Part shown: piece by piece, positions 15,779 to 26,367 of the stretch
How positions within the stretch are numbered: the stretch's first letter is position 1
Layout: each line of letters begins with the position of its first letter
Program-made: the position numbers and the translations under genes
The notes under the pieces: model-generated
The model's database searches: none
What the model saw: the letters and a program-made list of their open reading frames with translations, nothing else
Told to the model about the DNA's origin: nothing
NCBI RefSeq assembly: GCF_000420645.1
Contig: NZ_ATVI01000005.1
Coordinates: 448,357 to 480,356 of the forward strand
Direction: 5' to 3'
From: Nevskia ramosa DSM 11499
GTDB lineage: Bacteria > Pseudomonadota > Gammaproteobacteria > Nevskiales > Nevskiaceae
DNA length: 32,000 nucleotides

Positions 15779-17385
15779 CCCTCGACAATCTCGTCCGCAT
15801 CGGCTTTTTCGCTTTCAGCAGTAGCAGCTTGCGAACATTGCGACTGTTGCGAACATTCAATAACCGCAAGGGTTTCAGCCTGCGAACTTAGCTGCGAACT
15901 TCGTGCGAACTTTGACCGGGACACATCCGGTTGTGCTTGCTTGATCCGGTACTCGGTCCGCTTCCTCGGTCCACCGCCGTCTATTTCGCGCCGTTCGATC
16001 CGAGCTTCAAGGGCCAGCCTCTCCAGTGCTTCGTCGATCACGGGCTTGGCGGTGTGACCTTGGAAGCATTTGCTGGTGATGTCCTTCCGGCTTTGCCATC
16101 CGTCCTTAAGAATCAGCCAAGCTGCCAGCTTCTCGGCGTCATCGTTGCGGTGCGCTTCGCCCTCTACGTCAACTGCCGGCGCGAAGATCATTTGCGCGGA
16201 CTGGGCGAAGTAGGTCATCCATGCCTGCGCCGCTTCGACATGGCCCCGATCGATTTCGTCGGCAAGGTCAGTGACCGCGAACAGGCCTGCCATTCGTAAC
16301 AGCATCGGGGCGCGCCGTTGCAGCAGCCCCCCGATCAGCTCGCCACCCGGATGCGGCTTGGCGAACTCGCGGTAGCAGTCGGCATACAGGCTCAATGCCG
16401 TGCGGCTCATTCGCAGGGGGCAAGTTTCCGTTGCATCGGGGTAGCCCGCCAAGCCATGCCGGATGATGGCCGCGAACAATTTCGCCAGTTCGTGCACGGT
16501 CGCATCCGACGCGCGGCTGGGAAAAGGAATCACGCCCGTGCGTTCGCCCCAGACCATCAAAAACCGATTGGCAAAGCCGTTCGACAGGTCATTGCTGGCG
16601 AGCTTGGCGCGCAGTTCGGTCGGCGTGATGCAGCCATGCAGGGCGATGTGGGGCCGTGATGCCCAGACCTGTGAGGACTTCGTTGCCGGCTTGATCGCCG
16701 ACCCATCCCAAACATCACGCAGACACGTAGACAGCGTGTTGCCGTCGCGTTTTCCCTGTGCGAGCACGTTGGCAAACTCCGATTCGACGATGAACAAGCG
16801 CTTGTCGACGATCGGCGGGTACTCGGTTTTCCCTTCGGTATAGCCGTCATGAATCAGCACCGCCAGACCTTCACGGCTAGACAGCCCGCCCGTGTGCATC
16901 TGCGGGCGTAGCGTCGTCGCATCATCCAGCTTGCCGATGGCAGCGATGACGCGCTTCAACAATCCCAGTGCCATGCCCTTGCCGCCTCGCGAGCTTCGGC
17001 CGACGTGCAAGGTGAACAGACGCAGGTGATGCCATTCGTCGCCGATCGCTATCGCTCGATTGCGGCCCATACAGGCGGAGAGCCAGGACATTGCCGCCGC
17101 CATGGCAGCGACAGGATTGACCTCGGTGCCTTCAGCGGCTTGTCGGGCGAGCCTGCCGAGCGGGCCATAGAACATTGCCGGATCGACTGCCGGGGGCGGA
17201 ATCACGTAGTCCGATTCTGATTCCGCTGCGTCTTCTGCCAACGTTCGCGCGCGGTTCGCAGCAACCTTCGCAGCCGCAAAGCCACGTCGTTGCTGAATGT
17301 TCGCAAGGTTCGCAATGTTCGCGACCTCAATTGTTTCTTGCGACAACGCACCCGGTGCATCGCTCAAACCCAGATCGAGGGTCAT
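15769..17385 (-). CDS. DUF3987-like (YfjI-type) replication-associated protein
   Basis: The ORF track gives 15769..17463. I prefer the ATG at 17385, which overlaps the primase TGA (ATGA). Its ~540 aa size, position right after a toprim primase and general sequence character fit DUF3987. Both coding ends contain heptamer repeats. Confidence 0.6.
   Translation of the reverse strand: MTLDLGLSDAPGALSQETIEVANIANLANIQQRRGFAAAKVAANRARTLAEDAAESESDYVIPPPAVDPAMFYGPLGRLARQAAEGTEVNPVAAMAAAMSWLSACMGRNRAIAIGDEWHHLRLFTLHVGRSSRGGKGMALGLLKRVIAAIGKLDDATTLRPQMHTGGLSSREGLAVLIHDGYTEGKTEYPPIVDKRLFIVESEFANVLAQGKRDGNTLSTCLRDVWDGSAIKPATKSSQVWASRPHIALHGCITPTELRAKLASNDLSNGFANRFLMVWGERTGVIPFPSRASDATVHELAKLFAAIIRHGLAGYPDATETCPLRMSRTALSLYADCYREFAKPHPGGELIGGLLQRRAPMLLRMAGLFAVTDLADEIDRGHVEAAQAWMTYFAQSAQMIFAPAVDVEGEAHRNDDAEKLAAWLILKDGWQSRKDITSKCFQGHTAKPVIDEALERLALEARIERREIDGGGPRKRTEYRIKQAQPDVSRSKFARSSQLSSQAETLAVIECSQQSQCSQAATAESEKADADEIVEGWL
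15830..15910 (+). repeat. Iteron cluster A: five copies of TGCGAAC
   Basis: Copies start at 15830, 15848, 15881, 15893 and 15904. The last three are spaced 11-12 nt apart as (C/G)TGCGAACTT. Confidence 0.65.
17243..17323 (-). repeat. Iteron cluster B: six copies of the same heptamer in inverted orientation (GTTCGCR on the + strand)
   Basis: Copies start at 17243, 17254, 17266 (cTTCGCA), 17299, 17308 and 17317. The reverse complement of 17294-17323 matches 15830-15859 at 26 of 30 positions. Confidence 0.65.
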
Positions 17386-18404
17386 GACCGCACCTCGCTT
17401 ACCGCGTTCAGCAGCACTGCTGCCGTCGCGTCGCGTCCATAGCTCGCCTGATAGTCGTTCCAATCCGTGCCAGTATCGCCAGCGCCGAATGCCGGTGCGA
17501 TGACGGTGCCGCCAATGGCTCGCGCCGCTGCCCGGCCTTTGGTCAGCCCCGGATTGCCCGGTGTGCCGTGATCGTTGTCGGCACCGATGACGATGCGAGC
17601 GCTCGGGTACTTCGCCCGAAGCGCTAGTGCGACGGGTTCAAGGTTGCCGGCGTCGAATGCGGTGACTGTCGGCCAGCCTGTCACCTCATGAATCGTTGCC
17701 GCCGTGGCGAAGCCTTCGGCGATGGCCAGCATGCTGCCAGCGGCCAGCGGAGGGCTTCCGAGGGCATGAAAGCATCCGGTTTTCGCGGTATCCGTCAGGA
17801 ATCGCTTGCCGCCGTCGGCCGCGATGAATTGCAGGCCATGCAGGGTGTCGGACGTATCGACGACTGGCACCACGATGCGGGCCGCATGCTGGCGCGAGCC
17901 GTGCGGCTTGATACCTTTGCGGATCAGGTAAAAATGCGCGGCATCGACTTCTTTAGCAGCTTGCCAGAGCGTTGCGGCACGCTTCCGGCAGACCTGCCGC
18001 GCCTTGGCGACTTCGGCGCAACGCATGGCCCTTGCGGCTTCCACCCGCGCTCGGTGATCAGCCTGTTCGGTCCTTGTCAGCATTCGCCCGATACTGGCGC
18101 GCCAAGTGCCGCCGATGCCAGATTTCCAGTGTCCGAAAGCCGCAGCAGGAACGCCATCCACATGCAGGATGTACCAGCCGTTGACGGTGCCGCGCCGATC
18201 GCCGTCGACATGAAAGCGATGCAGCCTGCCGTCGGCCTGAATCGCGGCATCGGTATCCAGTCCCGCCGATCGCAGCGCGGCCCGGAACGCGTCAACGACC
18301 TCGCCAAAGGTGAAGACCTTAGCCGTATGATTCTGGTGTGTTTGGACATGCAATCCCGCCGCTTCCCGGTTCCAGCCGGGCGCGGCGTTTTTGTTGGCGT
18401 GCAT
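17382..18404 (-). CDS. Toprim-domain DNA primase (P4 alpha-like N-terminal module)
   Basis: The ORF track gives 17382..18476. I prefer the ATG at 18404 (MHANKNAAPG...), 1 nt after the alpA stop. Toprim-like acidic motifs are present: LAIAEGFATAATI (Glu) and RIVIGADNDH (DxD). Confidence 0.7.
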   Translation of the reverse strand: MHANKNAAPGWNREAAGLHVQTHQNHTAKVFTFGEVVDAFRAALRSAGLDTDAAIQADGRLHRFHVDGDRRGTVNGWYILHVDGVPAAAFGHWKSGIGGTWRASIGRMLTRTEQADHRARVEAARAMRCAEVAKARQVCRKRAATLWQAAKEVDAAHFYLIRKGIKPHGSRQHAARIVVPVVDTSDTLHGLQFIAADGGKRFLTDTAKTGCFHALGSPPLAAGSMLAIAEGFATAATIHEVTGWPTVTAFDAGNLEPVALALRAKYPSARIVIGADNDHGTPGNPGLTKGRAAARAIGGTVIAPAFGAGDTGTDWNDYQASYGRDATAAVLLNAVSEVRS

Positions 18405-18405
18405 G

Positions 18406-18651
18406 TCAGGCCACCGCCTTTGCGGCCAGTGACGCACGCAGTTCGCCGACGTTCCAAACCGTCGTGCGGGGCCCATGCTTGCGCGGCGCAGGGATTAAAC
18501 CGGCGTTCACCCAACGCCATACCGTGGCGGCGGAAACTGCATAAAGCTGCTCGACCGTCTTCTGCCTGACGAATGCGCAGTCCGGGGACCGGTCAAAGTT
18601 TTCGAACGATGCGGACTTGGCGTTATTTACGATCTGCGTTTTGTCGGCCAT
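18406..18651 (-). CDS. alpA: AlpA-family phage regulatory / excisionase-like HTH protein
   Basis: 81 aa. VRQKTVEQLYAVSAATVWRWVNAGLIPAPRKHGPRTTVWNVGEL matches the AlpA-type HTH pattern. It holds the typical position upstream of a primase in P4-like elements. Confidence 0.75.
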   Translation of the reverse strand: MADKTQIVNNAKSASFENFDRSPDCAFVRQKTVEQLYAVSAATVWRWVNAGLIPAPRKHGPRTTVWNVGELRASLAAKAVA

Positions 18652-19119
18652 TTTTAGGTTCCGCTTCCCTCCGTCACGTCCAGCGGGGCGCTGGTTTGCA
18701 TGAGCAAGGTGAAGTCGTTCCTATGGTTATGCATGCCAATCGCCGTTCTGGCGGGGGGTTTCCCAAGTCGTCTCGCTCCGACTAATGCGGTCTTTTTCTA
18801 TATCAATCAGATATTTAGGAAAAATCCGTACGCCCCGTATGCTCTTAGCAACCTTCCTGCCGGCGTGTTTTCGAATCCGCGCACCCCAGTGTTGTCAGCG
18901 ATTGTCCGCGGCCACGGTTTAAGTCCCCGGAGCAACCTGCAAGCGCGTCACGAGGTCACGTCGCTGCAAGAAGCTGGGATTGCCTGGCCGCACCGATGGG
19001 TCGTCGGTTCGGCGCAGCGTCAACAAAGATCAAAAAGCAGCGGCAATGGTCATGTCGCCACTGGTGCTTCCCGCCGCAGTCGAAACCTGACTTCGCGTCG
19101 AGCAGGCACCGCAAACACT

Positions 19120-20337
19120 TTACCGAGCGGACGGTGGGAGGTCTGCGTTTAAAAAGCCCGCCCAATCAGCCATCAGGTTTCGTCGTTTTACGAAAAGGTC
19201 GCCGCGAGCATAGGCACCCTCGGTCGCGTCACCAACACGATGCGCGAGTGCCAGTTCGGCAACTTCGCGAGGGTAGGCGGTGAGTTCACCCGCCCAATCG
19301 CGGAAGGTACTGCGGAAGCCATGCACGGTTGCATCGACGCCCATGCGCCGTAGGATCATCAGCATCGCCATACCTGATAACTGCTCCCCGCGCGGCGAGC
19401 GAAAAACTGCGTCGGTTGCGGCGCCGCGCGGCAACGTCTTTAGCAGATCAATTGCTTCTGACGTTAGCGGAACGCGGTGTTCTCGCTCGGCTTTCATGCG
19501 CTCGGCTGGAATCGTCCAGCAGGCGTTTTCAAAGTCAATTTCACCCCAAATCGCTCCACGCACCTCGGTGGTCCTGGTCGCAGTAAGGATCGTGAATTCC
19601 ATGGCGCGCGCCGCCACGCCCTTCGCTGTGCGCAGCCGGACCATGAACCCACCTACTTCGTGAACAGGCAGCGCCTCGAAATGCCCCTTCTTGGTGACCT
19701 TGGTCGGCTTCGGCAGCATCATCTGCAAGTTTCCGCGCCATCGAGCAGGGTTCTGGCCGGTGCGGCCTGCACGTACCATCGACGATGCGATGACGAGCTC
19801 GATTCGGTTACGGACGCGGTTTGCAGTCTCCGTTTTCGTGGTCCATATCGGATCGAGGATCGCCAAGACGTCCTGATTGGTGATTTCCCAGACCACCTTG
19901 TTCCCGATCACCGGGAAGGCGTACTCCGTCAGCGTCGATTCCCACTGCGCAGCGTGTTTGGCGTTTTTCCATCCGGCTCGATGCGCTTTGATGTAATCGG
20001 CGGCGGCTTCCTTGAATGTGTTGCGTATGCGCTCGGCGGCTTCATTGCGGATGGACGCCTGTGCTCTTGCCCTTAGTTCCACCGGATCGATGCCTTCGTC
20101 GATCGCTAGACGTTCCTTTCGCGCTCTCTCGATTGCACCCGCCAGTTTTACAGCAGGGTAGCCGCCAAGACCCATTTCCCGGCGGCGGCCACCGATGCTC
20201 GCGCGAAGCACCCAAGATCGTGCACCCGAGTCCTTAACCTGCAGGTACAGGCCGGGTACGGTGCCGACTGACCAGGTACCCGGCGTCTTCAAGCGCTCGA
20301 CTTCGAGCGCCCGCAATTCTTTCGCGATTCTTGGCAT
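19120..20337 (-). CDS. int: Tyrosine-type site-specific integrase (P4-like, DUF4102 arm-binding N-terminus)
   Basis: 405 aa. The N-terminus GLYLQVKDSGARSWVLRASIGGRRREMGLG is DUF4102-like. The C-terminus VHGFRSTFRDWAGE...LAHRVGDATEGAYARGD carries the catalytic R/H-x-x-R/Y pattern. Confidence 0.9.
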   Translation of the reverse strand: MPRIAKELRALEVERLKTPGTWSVGTVPGLYLQVKDSGARSWVLRASIGGRRREMGLGGYPAVKLAGAIERARKERLAIDEGIDPVELRARAQASIRNEAAERIRNTFKEAAADYIKAHRAGWKNAKHAAQWESTLTEYAFPVIGNKVVWEITNQDVLAILDPIWTTKTETANRVRNRIELVIASSMVRAGRTGQNPARWRGNLQMMLPKPTKVTKKGHFEALPVHEVGGFMVRLRTAKGVAARAMEFTILTATRTTEVRGAIWGEIDFENACWTIPAERMKAEREHRVPLTSEAIDLLKTLPRGAATDAVFRSPRGEQLSGMAMLMILRRMGVDATVHGFRSTFRDWAGELTAYPREVAELALAHRVGDATEGAYARGDLFVKRRNLMADWAGFLNADLPPSAR

Positions 20338-20505
20338 TATTTGAACTCAGACCCACCATCGGACCCACCATAGGTCCTAAGGTCACATGATAGGGCTTGA
20401 GATGATATACGTCTATAAGTATTTGTTAAATAACGAATAGTGCGCACTATTGTCTGCGTCAAACCGTCTCAATTTAACTCAGAATGGCGGACGCTCTCTC
20501 CGCCA

Positions 20506-20547
20506 CACAAATGAAAAAGCCCCTTGAATGGGGCTTTTTCATTTGTG
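20506..20547. terminator. Perfect 18-bp inverted repeat with 6-nt loop; bidirectional rho-independent terminator
   Basis: cacaaatgaaaaagcccc (20506-20523), ttgaat, ggggctttttcatttgtg (20530-20547). A GC core is flanked by A and T tracts on both strands. Confidence 0.7.
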
Positions 20548-20788
20548 CGACGTGCGCACGAGAGCGGGATTCGAAGCGGCGGCAGCCGCCGGGGGTGGAA
20601 TCAAGGACGGGAGAGATGGAACGTAAAGCCCGACTTTTTGTGCGAAGCGAGCGCGGCGAGCGGAATTCGCTTCTGCCAGTTGCAGGTTGCACTGTTCGCC
20701 GGGTGCCCTTGCACTGCCGCGAGTACGTTCAGGACCGTACTTCGATGAAGTAGGGTACTTGGCCCAACAGAACCTTCACGGACTGCAC

Positions 20789-21325
20789 ATGACAACTCCT
20801 ACAACAGACGCTGCTCCCGCCGTCACCCGGGACTTCATTCTCAGCCAGACGATGCTGCGCATTCGTGATCCGGAGCAATCGATCGCCTTCTATCGCGATG
20901 TACTGGGCATGACCCTGCTGGATCGCTTCGATTTTCCGGAGATGAAGTTCAGCCTGTACTTCGTCGGTTACCTGCGCGCAGAGGATGGAGTGCTGCCGGA
21001 AGAGCGTCTGGCGCGCGCCGAGTTCACGTTTCGCCAGAAGGGTGCGATCGAGCTGACTCACAACTGGGGCACGGAATCGGATGAGGCCTTCACGGGCTAT
21101 CACAATGGCAACGGTGATCCGCGAGGTTTTGGACACATCGGCATCACCGTGCCGGATGTGGACGCCGCCTGTGATCACTTCAGTGCCCATGGCGTCGAGT
21201 TCGTGAAGCGTCCGAACGATGGAAAGATGAAAGGACTGGCTTTCATCAAGGATCCGGACGGTTACTGGATCGAGGTTCTGTCAGCCAACAATTCGGCTCG
21301 CCTCGTGACCCACACCGCAGGCTGA
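20789..21325 (+). CDS. gloA: Lactoylglutathione lyase (glyoxalase I)
   Basis: The ORF track gives 20687..21325. I prefer the ATG at 20789 ([10 protein letters not shown]...). [33 protein letters not shown] and [12 protein letters not shown] are glyoxalase I / VOC motifs. Confidence 0.85.
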   Translation: MTTPTTDAAPAVTRDFILSQTMLRIRDPEQSIAFYRDVLGMTLLDRFDFPEMKFSLYFVGYLRAEDGVLPEERLARAEFTFRQKGAIELTHNWGTESDEAFTGYHNGNGDPRGFGHIGITVPDVDAACDHFSAHGVEFVKRPNDGKMKGLAFIKDPDGYWIEVLSANNSARLVTHTAG

Positions 21326-21328
21326 TCG

Positions 21329-21364
21329 AGGAAGGCGCGTCGCTATGCGGCGACGCGCCTTCCT
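21329..21364. terminator. GC-rich 15-bp hairpin between convergent gloA and the cupin gene
   Basis: aggaaggcgcgtcgc (21329-21343) pairs with gcgacgcgccttcct (21350-21364). No clear U tract. Confidence 0.45.
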
Positions 21365-21372
21365 GACGGGCC

Positions 21373-21840
21373 TCAGGCTGCTTTCCTGACACCGGCCTGG
21401 GAATCGAGAAACGCGTGCCAGGCGCCTTGCGCCTCTTTCCAGCCCACGGCCACGATCGGATTTCCCTCCGGCGTGATGAACAGCAGAGGGCCGAGGAAAG
21501 TCATGAAGAACTCGCTGTCGACCGGGAAGCTGGTCTGGTCGTGACGGGCACCCGAGGATTCATATCCGTAGCCGGGCGCAACAGCCGTATCGCCGCCATT
21601 CGCCTTGCCGCCGCGAACGTCCATCAGCCCCTTGGTCAGCAGGTATTCGCCAGGCCCTTGATGGACATGGGCGTTGAAGGACGATCCCTTCGGGCAGTCG
21701 AAGATCGCGGTCCAGGCGCCCATCTCGGGCGAGACGTGCAGCAGCTTCCAGCGGATTCCTCCCGTCGACAGGACATCGGGGAACGGTGCCCAGGGCTGGG
21801 CATCGATCTGCACGTACTCTTCGGGCGTTTGGCTTTTCAT
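21373..21840 (-). CDS. Cupin-domain protein (ChrR-like cupin)
   Basis: 155 aa. The stretch GSSFNAHVHQGPGEYLLTKGLM looks like a cupin metal-binding motif. Confidence 0.6.
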   Translation of the reverse strand: MKSQTPEEYVQIDAQPWAPFPDVLSTGGIRWKLLHVSPEMGAWTAIFDCPKGSSFNAHVHQGPGEYLLTKGLMDVRGGKANGGDTAVAPGYGYESSGARHDQTSFPVDSEFFMTFLGPLLFITPEGNPIVAVGWKEAQGAWHAFLDSQAGVRKAA

Positions 21841-22077
21841 GATGGCTCCTCTGGCTGGTCCGATTGCAGGTGCCGAGCGACATCGCCAATCAGGTCGACA
21901 GGGCTATTGAAGGATAGACAGCGACCGGCGGTGGCTCGTTGCCACGGGTGCCATTCCGTGTGCGTTTCCGTGCAAGCGAAAACTACGAGTTCTTGCGAAC
22001 GACACTGATGACGTTACAGTGCAAGTCACGAGCAGGACGCCGCATGAACGGTGCCGCTCGATGGAGGAGGAAAGAAA

Positions 22078-23046
22078 ATGACTGCCAGCGCAACGGAGTG
22101 GTCCACTGCGGCTCACTCGCGGCGGGACTCTTATGAAGCTTGGGAGAGCAAGCTGCAGGAGGTCTACGGCGCATTCCGCTTCGACGACAAGCCGAGCGAC
22201 GCGTTCTCCGCCAGCATCAGACGCCGCGTTGTTTCCGGCTTTCAGGTGGTGGATTGCCGATGCGATCCCTGCGGCGCCACGCGTACCGGCTCCGAGATGT
22301 CCCTGGATACCCGCGAGGTCCTGGGCATCCAGCTGGTTCTGCAGGGGCGTGAACACATCTCGTTCGGGCACGAGCAGATCGTGCTGACGCCCGGTGACCT
22401 CCTGATCTGGGATACCACCCGGCCGATGCGCTTCCAGGTGATGGAGAGTCTGCACAAGGTTTCAGTGCTGTTGCCGCTGGCCCGTCTGCAGAGCTGGTTG
22501 CCGCGCAGCTGGCATTCGATACGGCACAAGCTCGACAAGGATTCCAACGCCGCGAAGCTGATGGCGTCCTACGTTCGTTCGGTTTCGCCAATGTTCATGA
22601 GCGGCGCTTTCAGCCAGAGCGATGGCCTGACCGAATCGGCGATCGGTCTGCTGGTGACAGCGCTCGAGGATCCTCAAGCACCAATCTCGACCTCGCTGCG
22701 CGAAGTGCAGCTGGAGCAGGTTCGCGATTACATCGATGCCCATCTCGAAGATCCGGAACTCTCGCCGGCCACGATTGCCAACGGCACCCGGATTTCTGTT
22801 CGTTACCTGCACTGGTTGTTCAAGAGCACGGGAACGACAGCGTTCCAGTACGTCGTGCACAAGCGCCTGCTTCGCTGCCGCCTCGATCTGGAGAATCCCC
22901 GGATGCAGGGCCGCAAGATCATCGACATCGCCTATTCCGCAGGCTTTCAGAACGCGACGCACTTTGCGCGCAGGTTCCGCGACGAGTTCGGTATGAGCCC
23001 GAAGGATTACCGCGATTCACGCCTCGAGATCGCTGCCAATCAGTGA
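22078..23046 (+). CDS. AraC-family transcriptional regulator
   Basis: The ATG at 22078 is preceded by ggaggagga. The C-terminal double HTH is ISVRYLHWLFK...DIAYSAGFQNATHFARRFRDEFGMSPKDYR. Confidence 0.85.
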   Translation: MTASATEWSTAAHSRRDSYEAWESKLQEVYGAFRFDDKPSDAFSASIRRRVVSGFQVVDCRCDPCGATRTGSEMSLDTREVLGIQLVLQGREHISFGHEQIVLTPGDLLIWDTTRPMRFQVMESLHKVSVLLPLARLQSWLPRSWHSIRHKLDKDSNAAKLMASYVRSVSPMFMSGAFSQSDGLTESAIGLLVTALEDPQAPISTSLREVQLEQVRDYIDAHLEDPELSPATIANGTRISVRYLHWLFKSTGTTAFQYVVHKRLLRCRLDLENPRMQGRKIIDIAYSAGFQNATHFARRFRDEFGMSPKDYRDSRLEIAANQ

Positions 23047-23068
23047 GCGTCGCTGGGACTGTGCAGTC

Positions 23069-25519
<2,451 letters not shown>

Positions 25520-25599
25520 TCCGAACTTATCTTTATTGAATGGCTGCGAAGAACTGCGTGTTGCACGCTATTTGACGATTATTGCCTCTTGCTCAAAAG

Positions 25600-25625
25600 G
25601 AAACCACGGCAAGGGCCGTGGTTTC
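25600..25625 (-). terminator. Rho-independent terminator after the yceI/cytochrome b operon
   Basis: gaaaccacggc (25600-25610), aagg, gccgtggtttc (25615-25625). On the minus strand it is followed by CTTTTG. Confidence 0.55.
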
Positions 25626-25683
25626 TGGTCAGCGGATGCCACTTCTTCTCGAGACGAGAAGGAGCGGAACATCGAATGCTTGC

Positions 25684-26304
25684 TTAGCCGGCCGGGCCTG
25701 CCGCTTCATCCTTCAGCGCCTCGACCTGGATTTCCAGAGTCACCTTGCCGTCGGGAATTGCCTTGCCGACGCCGTAGCTGACGCCGAAATCAGTGCGATC
25801 GATCGTGGCGCTGGCATCCGCACCGCAGACTTCGCGCTTGTAGAACGGATGCGGAATGCACTTGAACTGGTTGACCGTCAGACGCACCGGCTTGGTCACG
25901 CCGTGCAGGGTCAGGTCGCCGTCGACGGCGGTCAGCGTGTCGCCGCTGAACGTGAGCTTGGTCGACTTGTAGGTGGCCGTCGGGTACTTGGCGACGTCGA
26001 AGAAGTCTTCCTTCTTGGCGTGCTCGTTCATCTTGTCCATGCCGAAGTCGATCGAGGTCATATCCATCAGGATTTCGATCGAACCGGTCTTCGCAGCACG
26101 ATCGAGCACGACCGCACCGCTGTTCTTGTCGATCTTGCCGCGCCAGAACGAGATGCCGCCGATGTGCGCGGCCTTGAAGCTCGGATAGGTGTGGCTGGAA
26201 TCGATCGTGTAGCTCTCGGGCGCGGCGAGCGCGGCACTGCAGGCGAGCAGCAGGGCGGCGGGAAGCAGGCCAGCGGTAAACAGATTCTTCTTGAGGTTCA
26301 GCAT
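25684..26304 (-). CDS. YceI-family periplasmic protein
   Basis: I prefer the ATG at 26304 (MLNLKKNLFTAGLLPAALLLACSAALA, a signal peptide). SSHTYPSFKAAHIGGISFWRGKIDK fits the YceI pattern. Confidence 0.8.
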   Translation of the reverse strand: MLNLKKNLFTAGLLPAALLLACSAALAAPESYTIDSSHTYPSFKAAHIGGISFWRGKIDKNSGAVVLDRAAKTGSIEILMDMTSIDFGMDKMNEHAKKEDFFDVAKYPTATYKSTKLTFSGDTLTAVDGDLTLHGVTKPVRLTVNQFKCIPHPFYKREVCGADASATIDRTDFGVSYGVGKAIPDGKVTLEIQVEALKDEAAGPAG

Positions 26305-26367
26305 TGGGGGACTCCTGTCAGTCGTGAGTTCGAAAACGGCTAGCGGCAAATCGGGTGATGCGGGATA

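Larger units (their letters stand above)
1..20505 (-). mobile_element. Integrated P4-like / integrative mobilisable element carrying BREX (partial; left end outside the window)
   Basis: An int-alpA-primase-DUF3987 module is followed on the same strand by cargo. The right boundary is inferred from a tRNA-3'-end-like sequence (20492-20505), a terminator, and then housekeeping genes. Confidence 0.5.

Noticed and set aside
20560-20575. T-loop-like motif (minus strand TTCGAATCCCGCTCTC) suggesting a tRNA next to int. A similar TTCGAATCCGCGCACCCCA lies at 18870-18888.
   Set aside because: I could not build a cloverleaf. The 5' T-stem partner is wrong (GCCGC or GTGTT instead of the complement). The implied acceptor would start with C. 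No anticodon arm is present. TTCGAATCC also occurs inside the histidine kinase gene (~24490), so it can arise by chance.
20609-20619. GGGAGAGATGG on the + strand, resembling the 5' start of a tRNA-Ser and complementary to the TCTCTCC at 20495-20501.
   Set aside because: It lies ~110 nt downstream of the putative 3' end, which is the wrong order. The following sequence has no D-arm or anticodon arm. It is most likely a coincidental 7-mer match.
20484-20753. 89-aa + strand ORF (and the overlapping 74-aa and 72-aa ORFs) in the int-gloA spacer.
   Set aside because: It reads straight through the 18-bp terminator palindrome. The sequence is Arg-rich and implausible, with no RBS.
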